Shown here in pieces: positions 25,584-35,795 of a stretch of DNA of 40,346 bases. The position numbers and the translations under genes are program-made. The notes beneath the pieces were generated by a model, which saw only the letters and a program-made list of their open reading frames with translations, was not told where the DNA came from and searched no databases. How positions within the stretch are numbered: the stretch's first letter is position 1; the number at the start of each line of letters is the position of its first letter. The stretch comes from a virus (Duplodnaviria; Caudoviricetes), in the IMG/VR virus record IMGVR_UViG_3300020045_004664, positions 1-40,346 of that record, one strand, 5' to 3'.

Positions 25584-28412
25584 TTAAATTCCAACCCACG
25601 CACCTCCGTTATAAAACACAACTGCTCTAGCACTTCCCCCTCCTACAGGCGCTACGCCCTTTGCAGTTACTACTGTACCGTCAGTTATATAAACCATAGC
25701 TCCCTCTAATCCTCCTGGTAGTGTCGCAACTGTATAATTTTTTAATCTTAATATAGTCTCAGCAAGTATGGGACTATAAAAGACAAAACTTGCAGTATCT
25801 CCATCGGTATGAAAGTTAATATCAGTTCCTTCTCCAGAGTTGTTAATCCAATAAACATCTGGTGAATTTGTTCCAAAAGTCAATGAACTTACATTCGTAA
25901 CAAAATCTCCTCCTGTTATATTGAAATCAGTCCCTGATGTTAGATTCAATACATCAGAAGTCGAGAGTGTGAAATCACCATTACTTTTGTTTATTTCAGC
26001 ATCAGTCCAAGTGAATGCTCCTCCATTTACATCCATGTCTATCCTTTCGCTTGTGTTTATGACCAATCTGTTACTTGTTCCGTTGAAGTTTATCGAGTTA
26101 CCCGTGTTGACTATACCCGTCAATAAATCAGTCTTCATTTTTGTAGAAGTGAGAGTATCAACAGAGAAGGTGAAGTCAGAGTCATCTTGTAATAGCCCAG
26201 CAGTACCAGCAAACGGAACACGACCAGCTGTCAAAGAGCCGAGAGTTACTGCTCCTGATGTAGTGATAGGATAGGCAGTACCAGAGGCTCGGAGACCAAG
26301 ATTGCTCAACACAACACCTAGGTCAGTAGTAGCACCCACTTGTACGATAGGAGTCGCATTAAAGAATCCAAGTTTTTGAGTTGTTGCTGTACCTATTTTC
26401 GTTCCAGTTGTAGTATCTGTAGCTATATTCTGTGCTGATAAAGTAAGAAGTCCATTTATTGTTACTGGGTCTGAAAATGTGAAACCTGCACCACTTCCAA
26501 CTGCATTAAATGTAACTCCACCAGTAGAACCTACTGTAGTTGAAAAGTAGTTTGAGGCATCATAACCAACTCTTAACTGTTCTGTTGTTGACTTCAAATG
26601 GAGAAGAGCTGCCGCTGAGAATAGCGCATTAGTTCCACTTGGAGTTATACCGACTTTTCCATCACTAGATATATTAAATCCAGCATCAACAACACCATAG
26701 TGTAAATTCGAGTTTGTTGTAAATCCAATAGTGAATCTATTGTCACCATAACCTCTACGACCAATAACCCAACGATTAAATTGAGCTGTATTAGCTCCGT
26801 TTATCTCCAACATGTCTAGTAGGGCGTTGTTCACTGAAGAATCAGATGTGTGTGCGATACCAATATAGTTACGACTATCAGAACCATAAGCAGAACCAGC
26901 ATAAATAACTGGGTGGTGAGTTGAATTTGAATAAGGATAATATGTATCTAGGTTGAGTGAGAATGAACCTGTGGAGATTATTCCTGCATAACCAGTATTT
27001 CCAGCATTTACACTCAATCTTCTTGATTGTCCTGTTCCGCTTATTGTTGAACCTATAACACCAACACCAGTAAATGTTCCATTAACTCCTGAAACATTAC
27101 CGCCAAATGTTCCGTTCCCCCCAACTGTGGCATTACCATCAAAATCCAATGATTTTGTCGAAATCAAATCTCCATTAGTTCTATCAACATAAATATTTGC
27201 CTTAAAATAATCATAAGGACTTGATGGCGTAACTACCATCGGGTCTGCATAAGTATAATACTGTCCACTAACAGAATCATAACCTGAATCGACATCTCCA
27301 ATTAAAATAGAAGTATATGTTGTGTCAATATAATTTAAGCCAGGGTCGCCCCAATATGGGTCATATGCAACAACTCTGTAACCATCTGCACCTGTTACAG
27401 CATCCCAAGTTGTATCCATTTTGAAATTATCTCCGCTTGACGGTGCGAAACCAGATTGTACAAGCGGATTAGCGGAAAACATTTTTATTCCATCAGGAGC
27501 AAATTTAAAGGAATAAATATCAAAAGCGTATTCTACACCATCGGCAGGATATAAATACGACGGGTCTTGAGTAAAACCAACACCAACACTTGAAGTTGTA
27601 ACATCTGCAATAGTGTCATCTGCCGTAGTATGTAAATCAAAAATTCCTCGATGTGTAGTAGGGTTTGTTATATCAACTATACCCAACTCTCCATCGTCAT
27701 TAAAGTGAGCAGTTCCGTCTACTCCAAAAATTCCATTATAACCAACAATGGTTGTCGCTTGAGCTTCATTTACACCAGAGAGATTCTTACTATTTCCATC
27801 TATATCAGAAGTCCATGGGGTTTGAGAGCCACCTGGAGAAAAAGTAATATCTACTTGTTTTGTATTTTTATTATCTGTTTTGGTTATAGAACCAAGTAAA
27901 TTAATATCTGCATATCTTGAAGACATTACAGAAGAATTAATCATTATTCTTTGATTCTGAGAACCTCCACCTCTTGATAAGGCTTCTATTTTATATTCTT
28001 GGATAAGTTTCTTTAGATTTTCAACTGCTTGTTTATTATCTTCTTTTATACCTTGTATATCTGAATTGAATCCCACAATATCAGATTCCATATTAGTTAT
28101 GGTTAAAGTTAGATTTCGTTCTAAAGAATTTATTTCAGATAGATATTTTTTTTTTATATCATCAATAGTATTTTTATCTGGCAAGTTTTCTAACTTAGAA
28201 AGAATATCTTTACGAAGACTACCTAAATCATTGTAAATAGTTTGTATTGCATTTGAATAATCTTTAGGTTGAGTTATTTCAGGTAAAACTGGTATTTTAT
28301 TTTCCAATGCTTTAATATCTTCAGATAAGTTTTCAGCCAAAAGTTTCGCCTCTTTACTTGGGTCGAGTTTAGCTAACAGGTTTCTTAATTTTTTTTTATT
28401 CTTTGAGAGCAT
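25584..28412 (-). CDS. tail fibre / receptor-binding protein
   Basis: N-terminal coiled coil followed by G/S/T/N-rich beta modules (EQLRVGYDASNY, IGTATTQKLGFFNATP, C-terminal YTVATLP...MVYITDG). Confidence 0.75.
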   Translation of the reverse strand: MLSKNKKKLRNLLAKLDPSKEAKLLAENLSEDIKALENKIPVLPEITQPKDYSNAIQTIYNDLGSLRKDILSKLENLPDKNTIDDIKKKYLSEINSLERNLTLTITNMESDIVGFNSDIQGIKEDNKQAVENLKKLIQEYKIEALSRGGGSQNQRIMINSSVMSSRYADINLLGSITKTDNKNTKQVDITFSPGGSQTPWTSDIDGNSKNLSGVNEAQATTIVGYNGIFGVDGTAHFNDDGELGIVDITNPTTHRGIFDLHTTADDTIADVTTSSVGVGFTQDPSYLYPADGVEYAFDIYSFKFAPDGIKMFSANPLVQSGFAPSSGDNFKMDTTWDAVTGADGYRVVAYDPYWGDPGLNYIDTTYTSILIGDVDSGYDSVSGQYYTYADPMVVTPSSPYDYFKANIYVDRTNGDLISTKSLDFDGNATVGGNGTFGGNVSGVNGTFTGVGVIGSTISGTGQSRRLSVNAGNTGYAGIISTGSFSLNLDTYYPYSNSTHHPVIYAGSAYGSDSRNYIGIAHTSDSSVNNALLDMLEINGANTAQFNRWVIGRRGYGDNRFTIGFTTNSNLHYGVVDAGFNISSDGKVGITPSGTNALFSAAALLHLKSTTEQLRVGYDASNYFSTTVGSTGGVTFNAVGSGAGFTFSDPVTINGLLTLSAQNIATDTTTGTKIGTATTQKLGFFNATPIVQVGATTDLGVVLSNLGLRASGTAYPITTSGAVTLGSLTAGRVPFAGTAGLLQDDSDFTFSVDTLTSTKMKTDLLTGIVNTGNSINFNGTSNRLVINTSERIDMDVNGGAFTWTDAEINKSNGDFTLSTSDVLNLTSGTDFNITGGDFVTNVSSLTFGTNSPDVYWINNSGEGTDINFHTDGDTASFVFYSPILAETILRLKNYTVATLPGGLEGAMVYITDGTVVTAKGVAPVGGGSARAVVFYNGGAWVGI

Positions 28413-28758
28413 CTTGGATAGTTTTCTTCAAAGTGTCAATTTCTCTTTGATTGTCCTCTTTAAGTTCCTTTCTTATCTGGTCTAGTTTTTCACTAAAGGA
28501 CTTTTCCATTTCAGATATTTTTTCTGCCATAGGGTCTGGCTGTGGTTCTTTTTCTTCTTGGGGTGCAGGTTCTTCATTCTGTGGCTGTTCCTCTTGTTGT
28601 GGAGCAGTTTCAGGCGCTGTAGGGGCTTTTACAGGTTGTTTTGACTGTCCTTGGGACATCATTTGTTGTTGGAGAAAGGTAGCAATACCTAGAGAGGCTT
28701 TTGCATCTTCTGGGGTCATATCGTTATCTTGTTCTACTTGACTTTCATTTGGATTCAT
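28396..28758 (-). CDS. Q/P/E-rich hypothetical protein
   Basis: Low-complexity centre and C-terminal coiled coil. Confidence 0.7.
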   Translation of the reverse strand: MNPNESQVEQDNDMTPEDAKASLGIATFLQQQMMSQGQSKQPVKAPTAPETAPQQEEQPQNEEPAPQEEKEPQPDPMAEKISEMEKSFSEKLDQIRKELKEDNQREIDTLKKTIQDALKE

Positions 28759-28835
28759 AGTATACTTGTTATATGTTATGGATAATATTGATTGTTTGTA
28801 TTGTTATATATTCAGCTCTTAAAACAGCTGCGTAA

Positions 28836-30236
28836 TTACTTTATAATACCTATCCCAGCTCCAAATCCAGCGGCTTTAACGCCCATCTCTGCTGTTTTAT
28901 TTATAAGTGGATTATTCTGTTTAAATCTTCCTATTATTGAGCCAGATTCTTTTTCAGCAGCGGTTTTAAGTTCATCTAATGCTCTATACAAATTCCACTG
29001 AGAACGCATACCTGCCTTAACATCTGTATTCTGAGCCTTTTCAATTAAGTAATTATATAAAGTATCACGAACAACTTTGTTTACATCGTCCAAGGCACTT
29101 ATTTTGTCAGAACCGAATGCTTGCTTACCTCTAGCATTTTCGTAAGCATCATCTAATGTTTTTCTTAATTTTAAAACTCCTTTAAGAGTTCCAGGTAAAT
29201 CTTTAAAAGCATTCTTAAAAACTCGCATATAATTTATTATCACTGGGTCTGATGTTTGGAGTAATAAACTTTTATTAGGTAATTCATTCACTGCTTTTTG
29301 CACTCTACTAGTTACTTCTCTTTTGGGAACTACAACTTTCTCATTTTCTAATGAACTTTCTAGAGCCTGCCCTCTTTTTGCAATTTCTTCTTTGGTAACT
29401 TGATATTTTGAAAGTTTTGTAGCTTTAGGGTCATAGCCAGGAACTTTAGATAATTCTTTTCCTGCTTCTATTTCTAATTCATTTGATTTTACACTTCTAC
29501 CTTTCAAAACCCCCCCTTCTTCAACCCTTCCTAATAGTTTTCCTTTTTGTGTTGGTGTGGATGTTTCATAGTTAGGTGTAGCATCTCTAATAGCGGATGA
29601 TTCAATATCAGCTGGAGTAGTAGGTTTCATTCCTGGAACTTTATTTTTTACATTTGAAACAGTATCTGTAACTGCTGTTCTTCCTCTTGCGGCAATATCA
29701 GTTACACCAGTTTTTAGATTGCTTGTCATTTCATTAACTTTTGGAACTCCTCCTTTGAATCCAGCAATAGTTCCTGCGGTAGTATTCAAGTTCGCTAATG
29801 CTTCTACACCAGATGAAGTCGCCTCTCCTGCTGGGGACGTGGCAAATTTTTGGTAAGAAGGATTATTGTTTATCGGATTATTTTTATCTATAAACTCTAT
29901 TGCTTTACTTGTTGGTTTTCCGAATAGCGGTGCTGTGATGGGGGAAGTAACAGCTGCTATTGTTCCTCCTAGAAGGTTCAAACTTCCTCCAAACAAGTCT
30001 CCTACATTTTTAGCGTTCTTAGCTTTTTCATACCCTTGTTTGGCTTGGTCTACTCCTCCCTTGAATTGTTCTGTTATAGTATCAGCAGCATAATCACCTA
30101 TTTTATTTGTTACACCAAAATATCCTCCACCTTCTTGACTCAACATACCTGGTTTTTGAGTCTGTTGCTGAGCAAATTGACCAACTGCTTGTGCTCCATA
30201 CATTTTTCTAAATTGTTCTGCCGATATTGTTTTCAT
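28836..30236 (-). CDS. putative internal virion / DNA ejection protein
   Basis: Helical, G/A/K-rich; lies after the tail genes in a podovirus-like layout. Confidence 0.5.
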   Translation of the reverse strand: MKTISAEQFRKMYGAQAVGQFAQQQTQKPGMLSQEGGGYFGVTNKIGDYAADTITEQFKGGVDQAKQGYEKAKNAKNVGDLFGGSLNLLGGTIAAVTSPITAPLFGKPTSKAIEFIDKNNPINNNPSYQKFATSPAGEATSSGVEALANLNTTAGTIAGFKGGVPKVNEMTSNLKTGVTDIAARGRTAVTDTVSNVKNKVPGMKPTTPADIESSAIRDATPNYETSTPTQKGKLLGRVEEGGVLKGRSVKSNELEIEAGKELSKVPGYDPKATKLSKYQVTKEEIAKRGQALESSLENEKVVVPKREVTSRVQKAVNELPNKSLLLQTSDPVIINYMRVFKNAFKDLPGTLKGVLKLRKTLDDAYENARGKQAFGSDKISALDDVNKVVRDTLYNYLIEKAQNTDVKAGMRSQWNLYRALDELKTAAEKESGSIIGRFKQNNPLINKTAEMGVKAAGFGAGIGIIK

Positions 30237-30237
30237 A

Positions 30238-32061
30238 TTATTCTACTTGGGTAAATGTTCCATCACTATTCTGCGACCAAAATGTTCCATCAGGCATTTG
30301 TTGGAGTCCTACGTCAGTAGGTTGCCCCCCTTTTAGGACATAATCAAGTTTAGCGAAATTATTTATCTTATCTAACTCTGCCTTGAATTGTCCTTCACTT
30401 GCTTTATAACCTGTTACACTTCCATTTTTGTCTTTTATTGCATAAGTACCTAACTTAGTGGCTGCATTAGCAAGAACCTGAAGTTCATTATCTGAAAGTG
30501 CTCCAAATGTAGCCCCTTGAGCCTTGGATTGAATCAGTTTATCCAAGTTCAATTGTGAACGTAGTTGCTCAACCCCTGCAATAAAGTCAGTTTTACCACC
30601 TGTTGCAAAATTACTAAATGAAATACGAGCCAGTGGATTAGGCCCTACTGCGGTTGAAAGATAAGAATTGGAAGATAGGCTATTTATCAAATCCACGTTC
30701 CCTTTTGCAACTGCTTGTTGTAGTGGAGCACTTACTTTTCCTACATTTCCTGAAGTTACATCCTGTTTTAGTTTTTGTCCTGTAAGTTGTGAATTGGCTA
30801 ATTGAGATTTCTTTAGTTGCAAGTCAAGTTTATCCATTTCACTCATTGGGGGAATATAAGACGCTAATTTTTGTAATCCACCAGAAGCAAGTCCTAGAGA
30901 CTTTTCTACTAGAGGTATTGAACTTGGGTCTTGTTGTAGAGCTTGATAAAGTCCAGCATAACCTACCGCTTTGATAACATTATTATACCCTTCTCGTGCA
31001 TTAGACACAGCTCTTTCTTTAAACTCAGCTACCTTAAAGGCGAAGTTCATTTTTGTATCAAACTCTTGCTGTGCCATTTGTCTATCTTGTACTGATAGGT
31101 TCATCATGGTGTTGAGTTGTGTCATGGCACTATCTCTACTTTCCAATAAGTAATTATAGTTTTTTACAAGAGATTTGTTGCGTGCATTTGCCAGCGCCAT
31201 AACCTGTGAATCGGTGCCGAATCCAGAGACTGCCTGAATTTCACTTCGTATGTCATCTTCTGTTCCTTCGATGATTCTTTTAGAGTTCAACAACTCTTCA
31301 TTCATTGAGTTTATACCCAATGATTTTTCCATTGATTTATATTCCTGAAGTAGACTTTGCTTTTGTTTTGGTGGTGAGAAGTAGTCATCAAACTGAGAGA
31401 AGATACTATCAAATGTTGTGTCGGTATCTACTATCCCTGTTAAAGGAGAAGGTGCCGTTTGGGTGTTAGTAACAGTACTAGCTATTTGACCTGCCGCACC
31501 TCCTTGTGTTGCGGAGGCTGGTACCCCACTAGCATTGGTTTGAGCTAATCCTTGTTTAAACTTTTGTCCTTGAGTAAAGGTGTTACCCATTGCATCCGTG
31601 GTAGTTGCCCCAGGGGCTAACTGGAGTCCTGTTTTAGTATCAAAGTTTGTTATACCTGCCGATACATCTTGCGCACTAGGAGGAGTCAAGGAGCCTGGAA
31701 GTCCTGCTCCTGCCTGTACTGTAGTAGGAGAAGGTTGTTTTGTATCTATTGGTGTATTCCCTACTTGAACACCATTTTGAAAATTTGTTCCAGTTTTTTT
31801 TACTCCATTTACATCTACATATTCTCCTTTGTCAGGATTCACATAATTTGCACTACCTGGTTTATTTAAGGATTTCAAATAAGCATCATACTCCTTACTT
31901 GGTGTTCCTGTTGTTGCACCTGTAGCTGCGTTGTATGCGGGTGCCTTTGAAGAACCCGATGATACAGGAGAACTTGCTGGAGCCAAAGAGATAGGTTTTC
32001 CTACAGGAGTCCCTTTGCTGTCCACATTATATGTATTCCCGTTAAATGTTGATGTTGCCAT
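30238..32061 (-). CDS. putative internal virion / DNA ejection protein
   Basis: T/S/G/P-rich N-terminal third, helical remainder, FGALSDNE motif. Confidence 0.5.
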   Translation of the reverse strand: MATSTFNGNTYNVDSKGTPVGKPISLAPASSPVSSGSSKAPAYNAATGATTGTPSKEYDAYLKSLNKPGSANYVNPDKGEYVDVNGVKKTGTNFQNGVQVGNTPIDTKQPSPTTVQAGAGLPGSLTPPSAQDVSAGITNFDTKTGLQLAPGATTTDAMGNTFTQGQKFKQGLAQTNASGVPASATQGGAAGQIASTVTNTQTAPSPLTGIVDTDTTFDSIFSQFDDYFSPPKQKQSLLQEYKSMEKSLGINSMNEELLNSKRIIEGTEDDIRSEIQAVSGFGTDSQVMALANARNKSLVKNYNYLLESRDSAMTQLNTMMNLSVQDRQMAQQEFDTKMNFAFKVAEFKERAVSNAREGYNNVIKAVGYAGLYQALQQDPSSIPLVEKSLGLASGGLQKLASYIPPMSEMDKLDLQLKKSQLANSQLTGQKLKQDVTSGNVGKVSAPLQQAVAKGNVDLINSLSSNSYLSTAVGPNPLARISFSNFATGGKTDFIAGVEQLRSQLNLDKLIQSKAQGATFGALSDNELQVLANAATKLGTYAIKDKNGSVTGYKASEGQFKAELDKINNFAKLDYVLKGGQPTDVGLQQMPDGTFWSQNSDGTFTQVE

Positions 32062-32067
32062 ATATTT

Positions 32068-32355
32068 TTATGCTACTACACTTCCTACTCCATTACACCA
32101 GTTCGACCCATTAAATCTCATTGGTATATTTGTATCAGTTGCGAAATAAAATTGTCCCAAAGTTGCAACAGAAGCATTAGGTCTATTTGCTACTGTTCCA
32201 TTAAGATTAACATATTTTCGACTAACTACCGCAAGTACATCAAGAGGTGTGTCTGTTAATTTTCTTGTAATAAAAGCTGTTGAATCAAGAAAATTTGGAA
32301 GAATCTTTTTGATTCGCTCATCTATTTTTTTGTTTAATTCAATTTCTTTATCCAT
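32068..32355 (-). CDS. small tail-associated protein
   Basis: GTVANRP....GQFYFATDTNIP...NGSNW module of the kind seen in phage fibre proteins. The likely start is ATG 32355. Confidence 0.55.
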   Translation of the reverse strand: MDKEIELNKKIDERIKKILPNFLDSTAFITRKLTDTPLDVLAVVSRKYVNLNGTVANRPNASVATLGQFYFATDTNIPMRFNGSNWCNGVGSVVA

Positions 32356-32356
32356 T

Positions 32357-33955
32357 TTATTTACCACCTATTGTGTAATCAATTTCAATCTTATTAATAA
32401 CATGGTTGGTGTTTCCCTCATTGGTTATAGCAACTCCTAATGCATAAGTTGGAGCACAATCTGGTGTATACCAAGCAAAATCTTCTCCTGAAGTTAAATT
32501 ACTTCCAGCAGTAAATGTCATACTTCCTCCACTGATTGCTCCACCTGATGAACCTATTAAATCTATCAAGAATGAATTTCCATTTACCCAAGGTTCACCA
32601 TAAATTCGTGCTTCTTTAATGGTAATTTTTTTAGAAAATAACTGTGTTTGAGTTTGATAAATAGCTCCTACAAAGGGTGAACCTGAAGGAACTGAACTTG
32701 AAGGGGAGGGATTCCATTTATATAATCTATATGCACTCGTAGAATCAGATATCTCAAAGGAAGAAAAATATACTTTTGAACTTCCGAAAATATTATTAGT
32801 GTAATTATTAGATGATGCTCCTAAACCAAAGTTAGATACTGGCAACATGAAGGGTGTAGCGATAATATCTGTTTCAGGTGCAGTTGCATTGTAGAAAAAT
32901 ACATCCCAATAACCAGGATACCCAACTTGAAAGTCAATATTGCCCCAATAAAGTATGTCAGCTTCAAGAACTCCATCAAAGTAGAGTGGACTTATCCATG
33001 TTAAAAGATTACCATTAGATGCTACAGAATTAGGAAGTGGTACCTGAACTTCTTGTAAAGATAATAGTTTCTCTTCGGGACTATAAAGTGCAGCTCCATA
33101 TTGGTCTGACCCAAACGCGTATTCATGGTTTTGGAACATTATATTTGTTGCCAGAGAAAAAGAAGGATAGCTATCAAAGGTGGTATACCCAACATCAATT
33201 CCGTTCCATTTAAAAATATAACTCTCCGAACTTGCGGTTGATGTGGTTTCTTGGGTACTTGAGGTTATATCATACAAGGGTAATCGAGAAACTACCATTT
33301 GTAGATAATTTCCATCAGGAGAAATATCTATATCTCTAGTTTGAGTATTGTCAGGGAAACCTGGAGAAAGTTTGGCTGAACTTGTGACCGTAGCAGTTGA
33401 ATCAATTTCTGCTATGTTAGAACCATTCCCTATATAAAGTTTTCCCACAAATTGTTTTATAGGACGTGGAACATTTTGCACCCAAGTTCCTGAGATTGCA
33501 GTTTCACTTGTTCCGTCAAAATTTATTCTTGTAACGCCCTTATCGTGTCCTATGTATATTCTTTCTGTAGCACCAAAGAAGTCCATAAAAGCTCCTCTAG
33601 TAAAGGTAGGAGAACCGCTTATGAGTGTGGAAAGCAAGACAGGATTATCGTAATCAGGGTTGTAAGTTGTTGGGTCATTGACTTGTATTTTGTACAGTCT
33701 GCCCGTATGCCCTATAGCATATACATACAGCACGCCATTTTCGGTTCTTTCTTTGCCTGCCAAGATTAAATCTTGGATTACGTCAGCATTAGGGTCTATC
33801 TGCTCAGCCGCCTGACTCCAAGTTAATTGCCCTGGTTTGATGTATGGATTTTGACCACTAACATTAGTAACAAAAGATTTACCAGAGTTTATATCTCCAT
33901 TTGCATATAGCGTCATGCTTCCTCCAAAATTGTCTATAGTAAGTGTTTTTATCAT
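32357..33955 (-). CDS. putative tail nozzle / beta-propeller structural protein
   Basis: 532 aa, beta-rich with aromatic residues; downstream of the adaptor. Confidence 0.5.
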   Translation of the reverse strand: MIKTLTIDNFGGSMTLYANGDINSGKSFVTNVSGQNPYIKPGQLTWSQAAEQIDPNADVIQDLILAGKERTENGVLYVYAIGHTGRLYKIQVNDPTTYNPDYDNPVLLSTLISGSPTFTRGAFMDFFGATERIYIGHDKGVTRINFDGTSETAISGTWVQNVPRPIKQFVGKLYIGNGSNIAEIDSTATVTSSAKLSPGFPDNTQTRDIDISPDGNYLQMVVSRLPLYDITSSTQETTSTASSESYIFKWNGIDVGYTTFDSYPSFSLATNIMFQNHEYAFGSDQYGAALYSPEEKLLSLQEVQVPLPNSVASNGNLLTWISPLYFDGVLEADILYWGNIDFQVGYPGYWDVFFYNATAPETDIIATPFMLPVSNFGLGASSNNYTNNIFGSSKVYFSSFEISDSTSAYRLYKWNPSPSSSVPSGSPFVGAIYQTQTQLFSKKITIKEARIYGEPWVNGNSFLIDLIGSSGGAISGGSMTFTAGSNLTSGEDFAWYTPDCAPTYALGVAITNEGNTNHVINKIEIDYTIGGK

Positions 33956-33956
33956 A

Positions 33957-34832
33957 TTATGTATCTAATCTAACAATTACTCCTTGTGACGCCAGTGTTA
34001 CTAATGAAGCAGAATTAAATGTAGTTGGTAATGTTCCTCCTGTAACTGACACGACACCACCAAACTTTTTTTTACCTGCTACAGATGAACCTAATGGCCC
34101 AGGAGATGTGTCAGACTTCCAAGTTGTATATTGATTGGTATTGGTAGCGGCAACTGGAACCACACAAGTCCAATAATTACCTGCAGCAAAAAATACACTA
34201 CTAATAGGTCTGGTTACTATTCCTGTTCCTAAAATACAAGCAAAAACTGATGCTACACGAGTTTGACCAGATTCATCATAGATGGCAATTTTGGCTGCAT
34301 TTCCAGCATCACCTAATGTAATACATTCTATGCTGATACTATTAGCAGTTATATTTAATGGAATAGTAACCAGACCAAAAGAACCTAAGATACTATTACT
34401 ATAATTCTGTGCCAAGGTTGCTGCATTACCGAAAGAATTTGAAGGTATCAAAGATGTTGCATTTCCAACTCCATTAGACCACTGAACACCTGAAGCCGTA
34501 GAACTATTAGCAAATAATGTTTGCCCATCTATACCTATCGCAAGTTTAGTTAAAACTGAATTAGAATTAGCTACTAATAAATCCCCTTTTGTATACGTAG
34601 TTTGACCAGTGCCTCCTTTATTAGCTGTTTGTACGTGTCCACCTCCTCCTGAATCAGGACTACGTACATCATACATTAAAGTGCCAATAGCAGATGAAGT
34701 TGAAAGACCAATAACTGCTTGTACTTGTCCCAAAGCTGAACTAACTGTGTTATGTAATGCTGAATGAGATGGACTGTTGAGTCTATCTGTAGGCGATACT
34801 ATGTTAAATGTTGATATAATTGATGGATACAT
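33957..34832 (-). CDS. virion fibre/decoration-like protein
   Basis: KGGTGQTTYTKGDLLVA...LAIG.DGQ.L.ANS....GVQW fibre module; very S/T-rich. Confidence 0.6.
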   Translation of the reverse strand: MYPSIISTFNIVSPTDRLNSPSHSALHNTVSSALGQVQAVIGLSTSSAIGTLMYDVRSPDSGGGGHVQTANKGGTGQTTYTKGDLLVANSNSVLTKLAIGIDGQTLFANSSTASGVQWSNGVGNATSLIPSNSFGNAATLAQNYSNSILGSFGLVTIPLNITANSISIECITLGDAGNAAKIAIYDESGQTRVASVFACILGTGIVTRPISSVFFAAGNYWTCVVPVAATNTNQYTTWKSDTSPGPLGSSVAGKKKFGGVVSVTGGTLPTTFNSASLVTLASQGVIVRLDT

Positions 34833-34833
34833 A

Positions 34834-35028
34834 TTAATTTGGCTTATTTACATTAACCCATGCATTTGTAATTGGTCTGGAAGTATTTGACCATTGATTG
34901 GGATTGATTCCATCGTAATAAGTATCAGCACTATCATAAAGAATGTCCGCTTGGTCATATTGTTCTTTACCCATTGGGTTAACATTTGTATAATTCGCAT
35001 TATTTGGTTTTGGTATATTATTCCACAT
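34834..35028 (-). CDS. small structural protein
   Basis: Internally repetitive W.N..KP ends and YD repeats. Confidence 0.6.
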   Translation of the reverse strand: MWNNIPKPNNANYTNVNPMGKEQYDQADILYDSADTYYDGINPNQWSNTSRPITNAWVNVNKPN

Positions 35029-35718
35029 TTAATATTGCCAACCAGTATTTTGTATTACAGTGGCCTGCATTGGGGTTTGAACGCCACGACTAAGCGTTTT
35101 AATAATATCTTGTACTTTCTTTTCATATTCAACATCGAATGGTGCAGCACTTTCCCAGTTACCTAAACTCTTTAAATAAGAAGAAGCAATGCGCCAACCA
35201 AGTATTCTGTAATCAAGGGTCTCAGGGTATGAAAGTGTATCTGATATATCTGTGTATTCAGTAGGTTCTAAGAAATAAAATATACGAAACAAACTTGTCA
35301 GACTATTAGCGGATGTTGGTGTTGGGAATATTTCAAACCAGTCTCCCCTATCATCAAACTTTGGGAAAAGTCTGTTTTGATTAGCTCGTAACCATGAGAA
35401 TGAATTCTCTGCAGATATATTGGAAACATCCATTTGAGCTGCTGTAATATAATTGCTTGGTGTTGTATCAGTATAGTTTACCTCGATAGCCTTTAAGAAA
35501 AACATATCAGTTGGGTATAAATAAGTACCTACATTGGCTTGTGCATCCATATAAGCTTCTTGTAATTGAGAAGCGTCTACTCCATGGGCAATCATTTGCC
35601 TATGAAAATCTAATAGAGCTTCATTGGCGAAGATGATACCTTTAGTATCTGTTAAACCATTATTATCTGTTTGTACTTGTGCCCTAGCAAAGCTAAGGAC
35701 TGTGTTTAATGTTGACAT
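35029..35718 (-). CDS. head-tail adaptor-like protein
   Basis: Follows the capsid gene; YLYPTD...KAIE and FEIFPTP pattern. Confidence 0.55.
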   Translation of the reverse strand: MSTLNTVLSFARAQVQTDNNGLTDTKGIIFANEALLDFHRQMIAHGVDASQLQEAYMDAQANVGTYLYPTDMFFLKAIEVNYTDTTPSNYITAAQMDVSNISAENSFSWLRANQNRLFPKFDDRGDWFEIFPTPTSANSLTSLFRIFYFLEPTEYTDISDTLSYPETLDYRILGWRIASSYLKSLGNWESAAPFDVEYEKKVQDIIKTLSRGVQTPMQATVIQNTGWQY

Positions 35719-35741
35719 ATATTCACAGGATTATTGCCCTG

Positions 35742-35774
35742 TGTCCTGCTCCCTATCTGTCAGGAGCAGAGACA
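35742..35774 (-). terminator. hairpin after the capsid gene (attenuator or stabiliser; no clear U-tract)
   Basis: TGTCCTGCTCC / GGAGCAGAGACA stem. Confidence 0.45.
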
Positions 35775-35795
35775 AAGCATTAAACTGTCGTTAGA

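Noticed and set aside
25584-28412. Diversity-generating retroelement acting on the tail fibre
   Set aside because: I found no reverse transcriptase and no template/variable repeat pair in the window.
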